Part shown: piece by piece, positions 1-12,600 of the stretch
Layout of the letters: the number at the start of each line of letters is the position of its first letter
Numbering within the stretch: position 1 is the first letter of the stretch
Assembly: GCA_964658305.1 (NCBI GenBank)
Contig: OZ210885.1
Location: forward strand, 25,606,001 to 25,670,000
Reading direction: 5' to 3'
Source: Leptogorgia sarmentosa
Taxonomy: Eukaryota
Length of the DNA stretch: 64,000 nt
Notes under the pieces: model-generated
Told to the model about the DNA's origin: nothing
What the model saw: only the letters and a program-made list of their open reading frames with translations
Database searches by the model: none
Position numbers and translations under genes: made by a program

Positions 1-1797
1 CTCCAGGTATTACAGCATAATGGCAGATGAAGCAACTGATATCTCTAATAAAGAGCAACTCTCTATGGTAGTGAGATACGTATATAACAGTAAAATCATT
101 AGAGAGTCATTTATAGGCTTTTGTCATCTTTCTGATGGTTGTACAGGAGTTGCTATAAAGAATGAGATTCTAAAACAAATTAAAGATTTTGGCTTAGATA
201 TTAACCTGTGTAGAGGTCAAGGATACGATGGTGCAGGAGCAGTAGCTGGTATTCGCAATGGAACCGCTGCTTTGATTAGATCAGAATATACTAAAGCTAT
301 TTTTGTGCATTGTTCAAGCCACAGATTGAATTTATGTGTTGCTGCATCTTGTTCAATTCAGATTGTACGTGAAATGATGGATAACTGTAAGTCTATTGCT
401 GATTTCTTTAACTTGTCACCCAAACGACAAAGCTATTTAATTGAAAATGTAAAGACATATTTGCCTGGCTCTAATCATTTTGTTTTAAAAGACTATGTAG
501 AACAAGGTGGATTGAACGAATAGATGGACTTGAAAGAACATTGGAGCTTTATGTACCAATTATTAAAACTTGGAATAATGTCAGAGGACCAAATTCGGAG
601 AAGTGGAATAATAATACTATTACATTAGCTGCAGGACTGCATAAGAAGTTAATTGGGTTTGAATTCATAATTGCTTTGAAAGTTGTTAGCAAAATAATTG
701 GTTACACATGCAAGGCAACAGTTTTATTGCAAAGAACTGAGATGGATCTTGCTGGTGTAAAGTCAGAAATTGATTTCATAGTTGAAAAGTGTACTAATTT
801 CAGATCAAACATTAATACTGAGCATGGGAACCTTTACCAAGAAGCTGTTGAGATCGGTACAAAAGTAGGAGAATTGCCAACCATGCCAAGAGTCGTACAA
901 ACCCAGATACACAGACCAAACGCTCCGGCAAAAACACCCGAAGATTATTATAGGATAAATTTGACTGAACCTTTTTTGGCACATTTGATAACATCACTGA
1001 ATGAAAAATTTGAAGAATCAACACTGATCACCTATGAAGGCTTTTCCATTATTCCAAATATTCTGGTTAATTTGGTGGAGAAGAGTTTGCCTTGGAAAAG
1101 CAAATTGGAAAATTTTATTGACTTTTATCAAGCTGACCTGCCAAATATCGAGGGACTTGATGCAGAACTAGATATGTGGGAAACAAGATGGGTGAAAGAA
1201 GCGAGAAAGCTGAGAGAGTCTGACTCGGAACAAACCATTCCAAAGAGAATTTCTGATACTCTATTACATTCAGATGAAGAGTTTTACCCCAATATAAGCA
1301 CAATGTTAAATATTTTAGCCATCGTTCCCGCCACAACATGCACATGTGAAAGGTCTATTTTGGCATTAAGGAGATTGAAAACTTGGTTGAGATCAGCAAT
1401 GACAAACGAAAGATTGACTGGTTTGGCATTAATTCATGTTTATAGGCACATGACCTTTGATGTAGAAATTATTGATAACTTTGCACATGCATATCCCAGA
1501 TGGATGCGTTTGTTAAACGTTGTTTGCTCAGATGAATAACGCTTTAAAATAATAACTTACTTATAATGTACGATATGTATATATATTAACTAAAATATAT
1601 TCTATCTTATTCCGTATTGAACAAGTTGTCAGATCCTCTAAGTCGAAGGGGCATTATATAAAAAAAAGATTTGTTAAAAACATGCATTTTCATATTGCTG
1701 ATATTGTCAAACGAGTGCCCCCCAAAACGCAGGAAATGCTGTTTTAGAGCACTAATTTTCAAAAATTTTGTCATGTCTAACCCTGGATCCGCCCCTG
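1..1797 (+). mobile_element. hAT DNA transposon, 3' part (5' end outside window)
   Basis: Transposase remnant followed by a hAT-like terminus GGATCCGCCCCTG ending at about 1797. Confidence 0.75.
20..1539 (+). pseudogene. hAT transposase (THAP12/ZMYM1-like), frameshifted near 490-540
   Basis: Motifs ADEATD, GQGYDGA, HCSSHRLNL and C-terminal dimerisation motif ATTCTCERSILALRRLKTWLRS, split over two ORFs. Confidence 0.9.
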
Positions 1798-2909
1798 GTT
1801 CCAGCTAGATTTTGCACTAAACTGCCCTATTGGTGTGAAAGACCAGCCTGAAACTAAATCAATTCTAAAGCCATGTGCCGGACAATGGGAACACTTTTTA
1901 TAGACCGTCGTAGAGAGAACATAGTAAGCTCTGATCCGCAAATTTGCGCACAATATGTGTGGGTGCGGTTTCTGGGATGCAAAGGATGTGTGAAGTGTAA
2001 AAACCGACGGAAATTAAAGTGACTATATTTGTTGTGTTGTATCTCAGACTTTGAGCTTTGAAGGCTGTTTTGCCCCTGGTGCCCCAGACACAAACCGCTA
2101 GCGGATCGTGTCTCCCCAGACAGTATCCGCTAGCAAATTGTGTCTCCCCTGGACACTATCCGTGTCGCTGATAATGCCCCCCATATATTTTTCGTTTAAA
2201 GAGTTAATAAGAAGTATGAGACGTTCTTCGAGACTGGAAAGGACTTTGATGCATTCGGCGCATCAGTTATGTGTAACAGCTGGAATTGGTCTATACTCTC
2301 TTCTCAAAATCGCATGATCATTCTAACTTTTTGATCGGCGAGACACAATAGTATCTAAAATTGAGAGGATATTCCAATTGTTTTGGCAAAATCCAGTAAG
2401 AAATATTTTCACCAATAACCAATTGTAACCAATCATTAACACGTTATAGGGAATGTTTCGTCACTGTTAATGAAATGGAGGTAGCCACTTCATTCAAAGC
2501 TGTGATCAACTGGACGTTCAGTAACAGAGGGGGAGTGATGTGGGTGAAGGTTAATGACCAGTAACTCAGGTGCTTCCTTATGGCAACAATGAGAACTTCA
2601 AGCCAACAACTCGATCAAACAAGTCATCGGGAGTTTGCTCATAGGTCGGCAACCAAATCTGCAAAGAGTAGACGATTTCTGCAATTTTTTGGGCTCGGGC
2701 GCTGTTGATGGTGAATTGAACGAGGACTTCGACAATGCTGTTTACATACTCAACAAAAATGGTTGGGTATAACCATTGGCCTATTTTTATACCTCTGTAT
2801 AATATTCCATAAGAAAATAACACAAAATCACTAGGGTTGTGTACAACTAGTTGAAACGTCTTGCTTAAGTTGCCAGAGTGCTCAAACTGCGCACGCGCAT
2901 ATATATATA

Positions 2910-3202
2910 AACCGTACATCCTGTGCCCAAGTTCAGGAGTTGCCTTAAGGCCATTATGGTGATAACCGGGAGGGCACATTGTTATACGTTTTGTATATTT
3001 TGCTCACTGCTCATGCAGTTTGAGCACTCTCTTGGATTGGGTGGAGAGTCTTTATTAGACATTCACTATTTGCAATATGCATTGCTCAGTGCTCGCATTT
3101 TGAGCACTCTGGTGACTCCACAATGCAATCCTTCCTCACAATGTGTAACCGTACATCCTGTGCCCAAGTTCAGGAGTTGCCTTAAGGCCATTATGGTGAT
3201 AA
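2910..3202. repeat. ~56-bp direct repeat pair (about 2910-2965 and 3147-3202), probably the end of a dispersed repeat that truncates the HECT gene
   Basis: AACCGTACATCCTGTGCCCAAGTTCAGGAGTTGCCTTAAGGCCATTATGGTGATAA occurs twice. Confidence 0.7.
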
Positions 3203-4371
3203 TCTGCTCATTAATAGATGGAAGAACTCCCTTGTTAGTCCTCCAGCATCTAATCCTGACTCGTTGTCGAAAGCTACGTTGAGCGACCTTCTAACGTCAA
3301 AACGTTGATGTTTGTACTTTCTCAGTGATTGCTCCAGGATGTCTTTGCCTCTATTAATTCCAATATCAATCTCCTGTCCGAACAGACTAGCAACCCCGTT
3401 GATAAATCTTTTAAGAGATTCCATTTCATCAGCATCTCACTTAAAAACAGCGCTGCAAAGCGTTGAATTTAAAAGTTGCTCTTCCTCTAAATCTTGCTGC
3501 GACTGCCGTTCTTAAAGAATCAGTGAGAAAAAAGTTTTAAAATATTACACTTTTCATGCATGATCATGATGTGTTAAATACAATATTATACCTCGAATTC
3601 AATTTATCCAATCAAAAACTTACGTTTCTTTTCCGGAGCGTCGCTGCCATGCATAAAATGAAAATGTGATTGGCTCATCAGTCATGAAAGTTAGGCTCCC
3701 AGGCCAAGTGACGTAATTATCGGTAAGGTCTATTTATTTTAAACACCTTGAGGTGGTCTACCACAAAAAGAATTTTTGCTGATTCAAGCTCAATCAAAAT
3801 GAACTTTTGATGTTGCGAGTGTTCCAGGAACATTAAAAATGATTTGTGTTTCTAAGGATCTTTTTATAAGTCAGCAACAAAAATTCTTGCACATTTTCCT
3901 ACTTACTATATATCATCTGTATTAAGAAGGGTATCAATAGCTATACCAATGTCATGTCCAGAGGCATTGAGCATGTTCTGAACAATCTGTTCATCAAGAT
4001 CTGGAAAAACATCGCGTATCTTTTCTATCCCACTTTGCCCATCATTGAGAATTTTTTGGTTTACATTGGATGCCGATTGAGGTTCAGCAGTGCTAGAGTG
4101 TGATTGGTCTGTCATGTATTGCCTTATATCATACATTGATGTACGTAACAAAACATCCTCGTCACTGGAACTATCATCATTCTGAAAAAAAATTACAACG
4201 TCAAAAAATTAGAAAATTCTTGCATTCCCTCAAGAACTAAAAAATATGGAAAAGTACATGGGAAAAGGCCAGCAGGTTTTCTTACTTATTAATCCTTGTT
4301 CTTTTAAATTATTATTTACCAAGTATGTTTTACTGTAATTTTAATTGTAACAGATAACATGATTCATTATA

Positions 4372-5142
4372 CAGGGTGTATCAAAAAAAAGTTTACTGAT
4401 GAAAAACATTCTCTAAACTAACGAGCGCTCAGAATTTCCAAAAACTTTCGGTTAGCCTGGGTATTTTAACACCCTCTGGTATATCTAGCACTAAGTTTAT
4501 TTTAAAAACAAACTTTTTTAGAATGGGAAATGTGGTTACTGAAAGGCCCATTAAAAACGGCTTGCGCGGAAAAAATAAGTTTTAGACAATTTGAATTAAT
4601 CGGATGAAAATATGGAGTATGATATACAAGCTATTCAAGTTTTGAGAAATTTGGTGCACGCTGAGACGAATGTGCGATGTCCGAAAACTGGATTTTCCGC
4701 AATTTTTTCGCGTAATTACGGACCTTTGGGAATTAGCTTGCAATTTGCATTGGTAATTAATGTAAATATCCAATTATGCATACATTAATCGGTAATCACG
4801 CAACTAAGAACGCAAAATCCAGTTTTCGGACATCGCACGTTCGTCTCAGCGTGCACCAAATTTCTCAAAACTTGAATCGCTTGTATATCATACTCCATAT
4901 TTTCATCCGATTAATTCAAATTGTCTGAAGAAAACTTATTTTTTCCGCGCAAGCCATTTTTAATGGGCCTTTAAGTAACCATATTTCCCATTCTAAAATA
5001 GTTTGTTTTTAAAATAAACTTAGTGCTAGATATACCAGAGGGTGTTAAACTACCCATGATAACCGAAAGTTTTTGGAAATTTTGAGCGCTCGTTAGTTTA
5101 GAGAATGTTTTTCATCAGTAAACTTTTTTTTGATACACCCTG
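4372..5142. mobile_element. Palindromic Tc1/mariner-type MITE, family A copy 1
   Basis: Ends CAGGGTGTATCAAAAAAAAG...CTTTTTTTTGATACACCCTG, near-complete fold-back, TA flanks; further copies at 40186-40960 and 34447-34869. Confidence 0.9.
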
Positions 5143-5569
5143 TATACACAAGCGCTGAATATGAGCTATTGGTTCTCTACTAGACGGATATTTATCATTT
5201 ATAGACCTGGAGAGAGGGGGATTCAGCGTAATATTCGAAGCCGAATCCCCCAAGCGGAGTGTCTATAAATGATATATTATACCGAACAAAACATTTTTGT
5301 ATCTTTGTTTTCAAGAAGTCTATTTATTTCTTCGCCCGAGTCTTGCTCTCCCGCCATTTTCCATAGCCAAACTAAGCGTGTGTTGCCCACGCGTCACGTG
5401 TGAGCAGCGTTAGATACTATGATATCCCATGGTGGATCTGCCATGGGATATTATAGTATCCCACGCTGGATTGGAAAATCATGAATTTGAGTGAATTACC
5501 GTAAAAAATCACACTATCACGTGGTACAAATGCTGTTTTTTCATTGGACAATTTGAATTTGAGGTTTAA

Positions 5570-5935
5570 TATTAGCTCATATCTGTCTAGTACAGAAATG
5601 TAAGCAAAATGGCTGAAAGAGCGAAGCCGGAATTGAAGTTTTCAACAGTTTTTTTGCGATCGATTAAAAGAATAAAATTCAAGAAGTTTAGTTGTAAATG
5701 TTAATTGTGCCGTTTTGAATCTGGAAAACCGGACTTGACGCTGTGAAATCCATCGTATTGTACTTTCAAATGGAGAAAAATACAGATGAAAACTGCTGAA
5801 ATTTAAAAGTAGCTATACGTAACGTCGACTATTTTAATTCCGTAACTTTTTGTCCAGCACTTGTGTCTGGGCTCACTCTCGTCGTATATGACTCACTATC
5901 AGCGCATATACAACTCGAGTTCACAGAATAACTGT
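5570..5935 (+). repeat. Dispersed non-autonomous repeat, related to 8075-8520
   Basis: Shares ATATTAGCTCATATC, GAAGCCGGAATTGAAGTTTTCAACAG and ACAACTCGAGTTC with 8075-8520. Confidence 0.7.
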
Positions 5936-6056
5936 TAACTGGAAAATAAAAAAAATTAAAAATTATTTGAAATAAGGGCTAAAGAGGTTGTTCCAGAAAA
6001 GATTTATTTCGTCCATTGGGGATGGATCATAATAAATTTTCATCCAAAGTTGCATA

Positions 6057-6364
6057 CCATATTCTCTCTATTTAGACCCCCAGGGGGTTATTCATTTCAA
6101 GACTTTTAGAAAGGGGGGTTATTGGAGAGGGAGGCTTAATTGAGAGGGGAGGGGTATTTAATTTTCCATAAATATAAAATTCAGCAATGGATATTATCTC
6201 TTTGAACAGTAATAAACTCAATATCATTACACAGATCAGTATATATCATATAACATAGTGATACAAGGGGGGGTTGCTTATTAGGGGGGGGGGCTTGTTT
6301 CATTTTTCTACTCAAAAGTAGGGTGGGGCTTATTAGAGAGGGAGGCTAAATAGAGAGAATACTG
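6057..6364. mobile_element. TA-flanked MITE (pogo/Tigger-like)
   Basis: Terminal inverted repeats TATTCTCTCTATTTAG / CTAAATAGAGAGAATA with TA outside. Confidence 0.65.
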
Positions 6365-7404
6365 TATGTTAATATTTCAATTTTATTTACGTGCAAAATA
6401 TTCCTCTACATCACTTTGTGTGCAATAACTAATTCTATGTAGAGGTTGGGGGCTAAGTAAAGGAAATAAAAGGCATAAATGAGTGACAGATATAAATAAT
6501 ATTAAAAGGTATCCATGCATAAAAAAGGAATGTGTTACTATCAATTTATGAATACCTCTCGAGAATCATGATCTACATAACTCAGATCCAGGCTTCTTTG
6601 AATGGGTCTGACATATGCTTTTGCTTGGCTTAGTATGCTCTTTAAATAAGGCACAGTGTAGCCATTTTTGGACATGGTATTAAAACCAGATGTTTTTTTG
6701 TTTCCTTCAGTTCGCAGAATTTCGTACCCCCCACCATCCTTTAGTTTTGGAAACTCTTCGAGGAGTTTCTCGTTTATGTGGGCCCATTTGCCTTCTTTAT
6801 CAAAGACAATTTTTTTTTCTCCCAAACCAGCCTTTGAAAGTTTTGCCTTGTCCCCACAACTCGGTGCTTGTGAATCGTTAATATTACCAAGACACACAAA
6901 GCTATGGGTCCAGGTATCTTTTACATTTATGGCAATTGGTTGCCCATTTCTTCCAGCGACTATTCATCTTTTGTTGTTTGACGAGAAGTTGGAGGGCGTC
7001 AAACTTCTCGCCCTTGGAGCAGGAGGTCGATAGCCAAAGAGACGGCGATGTTCTTCTTCTTGAACACTTGAGACCCTCAGATTTTCAGCACTAGGTTGTT
7101 CCGTCACTATTAGGTTGTTGCTAGAAGTAGTAGCAGTATGTTGACCAAAACCATTGTTGTTAGGAAGGTTTTCGGTATTCAGCAAACGCAGGGCATTTAA
7201 CAGATTTTGTGCACAGCTATACATACATAACATTTGTAGCATCATTTGCACTTTTCTCGTCCCCCATATTCGGAGAGCGCAAATGACATGCATAAACCGC
7301 ATGTCATAAGTTCGGTCACATGATCAATGATCATGAGGGGAACCGTTATAATACAGCTCAGAGGGGAAATCGCGAGAAAATAATTTAATTTAAATTTTAT
7401 CAAC

Positions 7405-7552
7405 TAAATGTGTAGTTCTATGCATATAGTTCTATGCATAGTTGTTATGTTTACACAGAAAAATCTAGTCTCCTTGTAGTCAATACTTCATAATTTCGTT
7501 GGATATTTTCGACTTATCCATATCCTAAACGCCTTTGATACAACCAACCCCT
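7405..7552 (-). repeat. Partial inverted copy of the MITE at 63692-63908
   Basis: TTCATAATTTCGTTGGATATTTTCGACTTATCC...AAACGCCTTTGATACAACC matches the reverse complement of about 63697-63820. Confidence 0.7.
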
Positions 7553-8074
7553 GGTGTCTGTCCTTTCTTCCGATTGTCGTAATTCTGGGGAACATTACAT
7601 TTTTTTGAGAGGGGAGGAATCAAACCATATTTTTGTATCTGCGCAATGCGCAGTTGAATGTGATTGCAGAATTGAATGTGATTCACAATTTTATACCAGC
7701 GCCTGGGGTGCTAGTGGTTTGAATATTTAAAATAAACGCATGCATATTGTCATCGAGACGTGAGCTATTCCCTCAGGTTATGCGCACACTGTGAGGGAAA
7801 TTTCTCGCCTGCCAAAATGATCAAACATGTTGAATATGATGCGCCGATGGCACGCATGCAAATAGCGCAGAAAACGACACTGCACACCGAGGTAATAGCT
7901 TACGCCAATGGTCAGGACTTACTGTTAGCTCAGCTGATTGCTCAAGTGTGCGCCGGGCTTATGATCGTATCACGAAGGCTGTCAAACATGAGCTTTCTGA
8001 ATAATAGGGTTTATTATATACACAAGTGCTGGATATGAGCTATTCTGCAATCTGATTGGCTCCCTACTAGCAGG

Positions 8075-8520
8075 ATATTAGCTCATATCTTGCTAGTAGA
8101 GAAAAACAAACAAAATGGCGGAAAGAGTGAAGCCGGAATTGAAGTTTTCAACAGTTAAAAACGCCTTTGCGATCAATTAAAAGAATAAAATTCAAGAAAT
8201 TTAGTGAGTAAATGTTAATTGTGCAGTTTTGAATCTGGAAAACCGGACTCGACGCTATAAAATTCATCACTTGATTGAGTTGGATCGCTTGTTGCTGTTT
8301 GTTGACATTTTACAACGGTAAAATTTGTATTGTACTTTCAAATGCAGAAAAATACAGATGAAAACTGCTGAAATTTAGAACTAGCTATAGTTTTTAAACG
8401 TAATGTTGACTATTTTAATTCCATAACTGTTGTTTTTACCATGCTTTTTGGTGTGTATTTATCAAGTAAAACTGTTTTTGTAAATATGTCGCATATACAA
8501 CTCGAGTTCGCAGAATAAAT
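8075..8520 (+). repeat. Dispersed repeat, related to 5570-5935
   Basis: Colinear similarity with 5570-5935. Confidence 0.7.
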
Positions 8521-8789
8521 GTTAAATATCACATTTCACTTTGTCATCGTATTACGAAAACATGTATCTTGCCCAGGCTTTTTAAAAACTCGGAACATTA
8601 CATGCGTGATTTTTTTTATTTCGTATCATCGTATCACGATAGCAAGTCGTGTTTCAAAAGTGGACAGGTATTCTATAACCCAGCCGAGATTTGAAAGTTT
8701 GTGCGCTACGGCAGCACTTTTCTTGCAATAGTAACTACTAGTTTATTTTAATATTAGTAATAGAGGTCAGTGGGTGTACACGGTCATGA

Positions 8790-8900
8790 TGTCGAATGAC
8801 ATATTGCCGAATGACATATATTGCCGAATGAAATGTTGCCGAATGACATGTTTCCGAATGATGTACAGTGCAACATTTCTTGCCGAATGTATGTATCGGA
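8790..8900. repeat. Short tandem array of TGCCGAATGA-containing units
   Basis: About 6 diverged units with a CGAATG core. Confidence 0.7.
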
Positions 8901-9443
8901 ATAACAAAATATGTATAAACAAAACAAACCATCGAATATTGACACTAAAAACGCGCAATATTAAACATGGCCAAACTTTCATTTATTCTCTCTTTATATA
9001 CAAAATGAAGAGCAGCTAAATGAACCTCATTGGAAGCATCTAGAATACCTGACTCTTCCATGTAGTAAAACAGACGATAAAACAAACTGGTAGAACCAGA
9101 GAACACATATTTCCACAACCTCTCGATTCTCTGGTTATGTATGCTACGACCATGCTATGTGACTGCCTCTGTTTGGTCCACGTAATGGGTAGGTTAACAT
9201 ATACCAGGCAACATCAACATTCTCGCCTCCTTTGTCGGAACGGACCCGGGAAGGTAGCCCATACTGAGCCACTGCATTCTCAAAATGAGTGAAAACTGTG
9301 GAAGCTTTGTTATTGGTGGAACAGGACAAATATAAAATCATATGTGAAAACCCATCAATTGCCCCATGAATCACAAACCTCCATCCATCATTTAATAGAA
9401 TTTAATGGTTATTTTCTTTTATTTACTAAACCTCAACACCCCT

Positions 9444-9624
9444 TGTTACGATAAATTTGTATTATATTTTAGTTTGTTACATTGGGTACCCTGTGCAGGG
9501 GTCAGCGGTTATATATATATATTCGGAAATCAACAACCGCCATTTTGTTTTGTATTTTTGTATTGCATGATTCAGTGTAATAAAGCCTTAAATTACTGGC
9601 AATCGTTCATATAATTTCTCTACA
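9444..9624 (+). repeat. 5' LTR of Gypsy-1
   Basis: TGTTACG...CTCTACA, with a TATA-rich tract and AATAAA. Confidence 0.95.
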
Positions 9625-9642
9625 ATTTATTACACTGAATCA

Positions 9643-12600
9643 ATGGATAGAGTTCTTCGACCTGAACGACTAGATATTGATCCAAACGACAATTCAGCCG
9701 CAAAAGAATGGTTACACTGGGAACGGACTTTCGCTAACTTCCTATCAGTATTGCCACAAGAAGACCTTAATAAGCTCTCTGTTCTCGCTAACTTCGTCTC
9801 ACCTTCAATCTTCCAGTACATTGAGGACTGCCGGGAATATGATGAAGCCATTCAAACACTGCAAGCACTTTTTGTAAAGCCCAGAAATGAAATCTTTGCT
9901 CGTCATGTCCTCGCCACTCGAAGACAACAACCCACTGAAACACTCGATGAATACCTGCAAGCCCTTAAGACCCTTAGCAAGGATTGCAATTTCAAGAATG
10001 TCACAGCCAACCAGTATTGTGAAGAGAGTATAAGGGATGCATTTATTGCAGGTCTACAGTCGAACTTGATACGACAGAGACTGTTGGAGCACAAAACCCT
10101 TGATCTCAAGACAATGTTTGATCAGGCCAGGGCCTTGGAATCCGCCATGCGTAGTTCGGAGTCATACACATTACCTCCACAGCCTATTAATGCAGCAGTC
10201 CCTTCTAGTTCCCAAGCTTGCTCTCCTAGCCCTACAGAATTGCCTGATTCTGTCGGTACCCTAGCTGCAGTAGCATCTGAAGGCCCCAGTTGTTTCTTTT
10301 GTGGAAACAGCAAACATCCTCGTTCAAAGTGTCCTGCTCGTGAAGCTATTTGTCTAAAGTGCCAAAAGAAAGGTCATTTCGCAAAAGTGTGTCGTGGAAA
10401 GCCAGTGCAACCTAAAGATAAAGTGTCAGCTGCGGCTTGGTCACCAACTCTCGCAACCGTGCCAAGCCCTACCTCACTCTCAAAATCATTGGCATCTGTG
10501 GACATCAATGGATTAAAAGTAAAAGCTCTTATCGACACCGGAAGTACTGAAAGTTTCATTCACCCAAGTCTCGTAGAGAAGGCAGCGTTAATAGTTCACC
10601 CTTCTTCTAGCACGGTATCCATGGCGACCTCCCTATCATCAGCTAAAATAAGTGGGACCTGCACTGTTGATCTTTCATACCAAGAGCGACGTTATGAAAA
10701 CCTACATTTGTCTGTACTACCGGGACTTTGTGCTGATTTGATACTTGGTCTTGATTTCCAGACACGACATGAAAGTGTAGTGTTCAAGTATGGAGGCTCT
10801 GAACCTCCACTGTCAGTATGCAGCTTCAGTACCCTTGACATCGACCCACCCCAACCATTCGCAAACCTGATGCCAGAGTGTCATCCAATCGCCACCAAGT
10901 CCAGAAGATACAGCCAGGACGATTCTGAATTCATTGACAAGGAGGTGACAAGGCTCCTTGCAGAAGGTATCATCGAACCAAGCCACTCACCCTGGCGAGC
11001 TCAAGTCGTCGTCACCAAGGACGATAATCACAAGAAGAGGTTGGCGATTGACTACTCTCAGACTATAAACCGCTTTACCATCCTTGACGCCTTTCCATTG
11101 CCAAATATAAGTGAAATGGTTAACAAGATTGCCCAATACAGGGTCTTTAGCACGATCGACCTTCGGAGTGCCTACCATCAAGTACCTTTAAAGGACGAAG
11201 ACAAGCCCTACACAGCCTTCGAGGCCCGTGGTAACCTCTACCAGTTTACACGTCTACCTTTTGGTGTCACTAACGGCGTCGCTTGTTTCCAAAGGGAAAT
11301 GGTCAAGTTTGTAGAAGAGAATCATCTCAAGGCAGTTTTTCCTTATCTAGACAACATCACCATCTGCGGGAAAGATCAGAAAGACCACGACGAAAACCTG
11401 AAGGAGTTCCTAGAAGCTGCAAAACTTAAGAACATTTGCTACAATGATGAAAAGAGTGTCTTCTCTACCTGTCGCCTACCCTTACTTGGATATGTCATCG
11501 AGGAAGGTAACATCTGCCCCGATCCCGAGCGGCTACGTCCCCTACGTGACCTTCCCATCCCGCACGATTCCAAGTCACTCAACAGATGCATGGGATTGTT
11601 TTCCTATTATTCACAGTGGATTCCTGAATACTCGGACCGCATCAAACCTATCACAAGCTGCAAGTCGTTTCCTCTCTCACAGGAGGCTATTCAAGCATTC
11701 CAAAACCTAAAGAAAATGGTAGAAGAGGCCCTCGTGGGTGCCATCGATGAAAGTGTCCCATTTGAGGTCGAGACAGATGCTTCGGAGGTAGCACTGGCAG
11801 CCACTCTTAATCAAAATGGAAAACCAGTAGCCTTCTTTTCACGAACTCTCCAAGGCAGTGAGCTCAAGCACGCATCTGTAGAGAAAGAGGCCCAAGCCAT
11901 AATAGAAGCTGTGAGACATTGGAGACATTTCCTAACTGGAAGGTATTTTACGCTAAAGACCGACCAAAAGTCTGTGGCCTACATGTTTGACCAACGTCAC
12001 AAAGGAAAGATAAAGAACGACAAGATTATGAGGTGGCGGCTAGAACTGTCCTGTTACAGCTTCGACATCATCTACCGTCCAGGCAAAGAAAATATTCCTC
12101 CTGATACTCTGTCAAGAGCCACTTGTTCTGCTGCAACGGATGAAGATTCCTTGTACAAGCTACATGTGTCGCTGTGTCACCCCGGTATCACCAGGCTTCA
12201 CCATTTTGTACGAACCAAGAACCTTCCTTATTCTTTAGATGACATCAAACGTGTTATAAGTAGATGTTCCGTGTGTTGCGAATGTAAGCCTCAATACTAC
12301 AAGCCGGAGAGGGTTCCACTTATCAAAGCCACGCAGCCTTTTGAGAGAATCAACGTTGACTTCAAGGGGCCTCTACCTAGCTGTAATGGCAACCGCTATT
12401 TTCTCAATGTTATAGACGAGTATTCAAGATTCCCTTTTGTATTTCCTTGCCCAGACGTCTCGACATCTACTGTTATCAAGTGCCTAACTTCGCTTTTCTC
12501 CCTTTTTGGAATGCCAGCGTATGTACACTCTGATCGGGGAGCATCATTTATGAGCAGCGAGCTCCAAAGTTTTCTGGCAGAGAAAGGAGTGGCCACAAGC

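Larger units (their letters stand above)
3200..7250 (-). pseudogene. Spliced, truncated HECT (G2E3-like) E3 ligase gene with a CUE-like domain; probable cargo of an IS3EU-like element
   Basis: Exons at about 7250-6555 (internal stop), 4182-3905 (IRDVFPDLDEQIVQNMLNASGHDIGIAIDTLL, CUE-like) and 3510-3200 (VAFDNESGLDAGGLTREFF, start of HECT). Confidence 0.7.

Noticed and set aside
2578..3282. ORFs MCPPGYHHNG... and MPKFRSCLK...
   Set aside because: They derive from a non-coding direct repeat; no recognisable domain.
4582..4773. Similar short ORFs here and at 40401-40592
   Set aside because: Chance ORFs within MITE copies.
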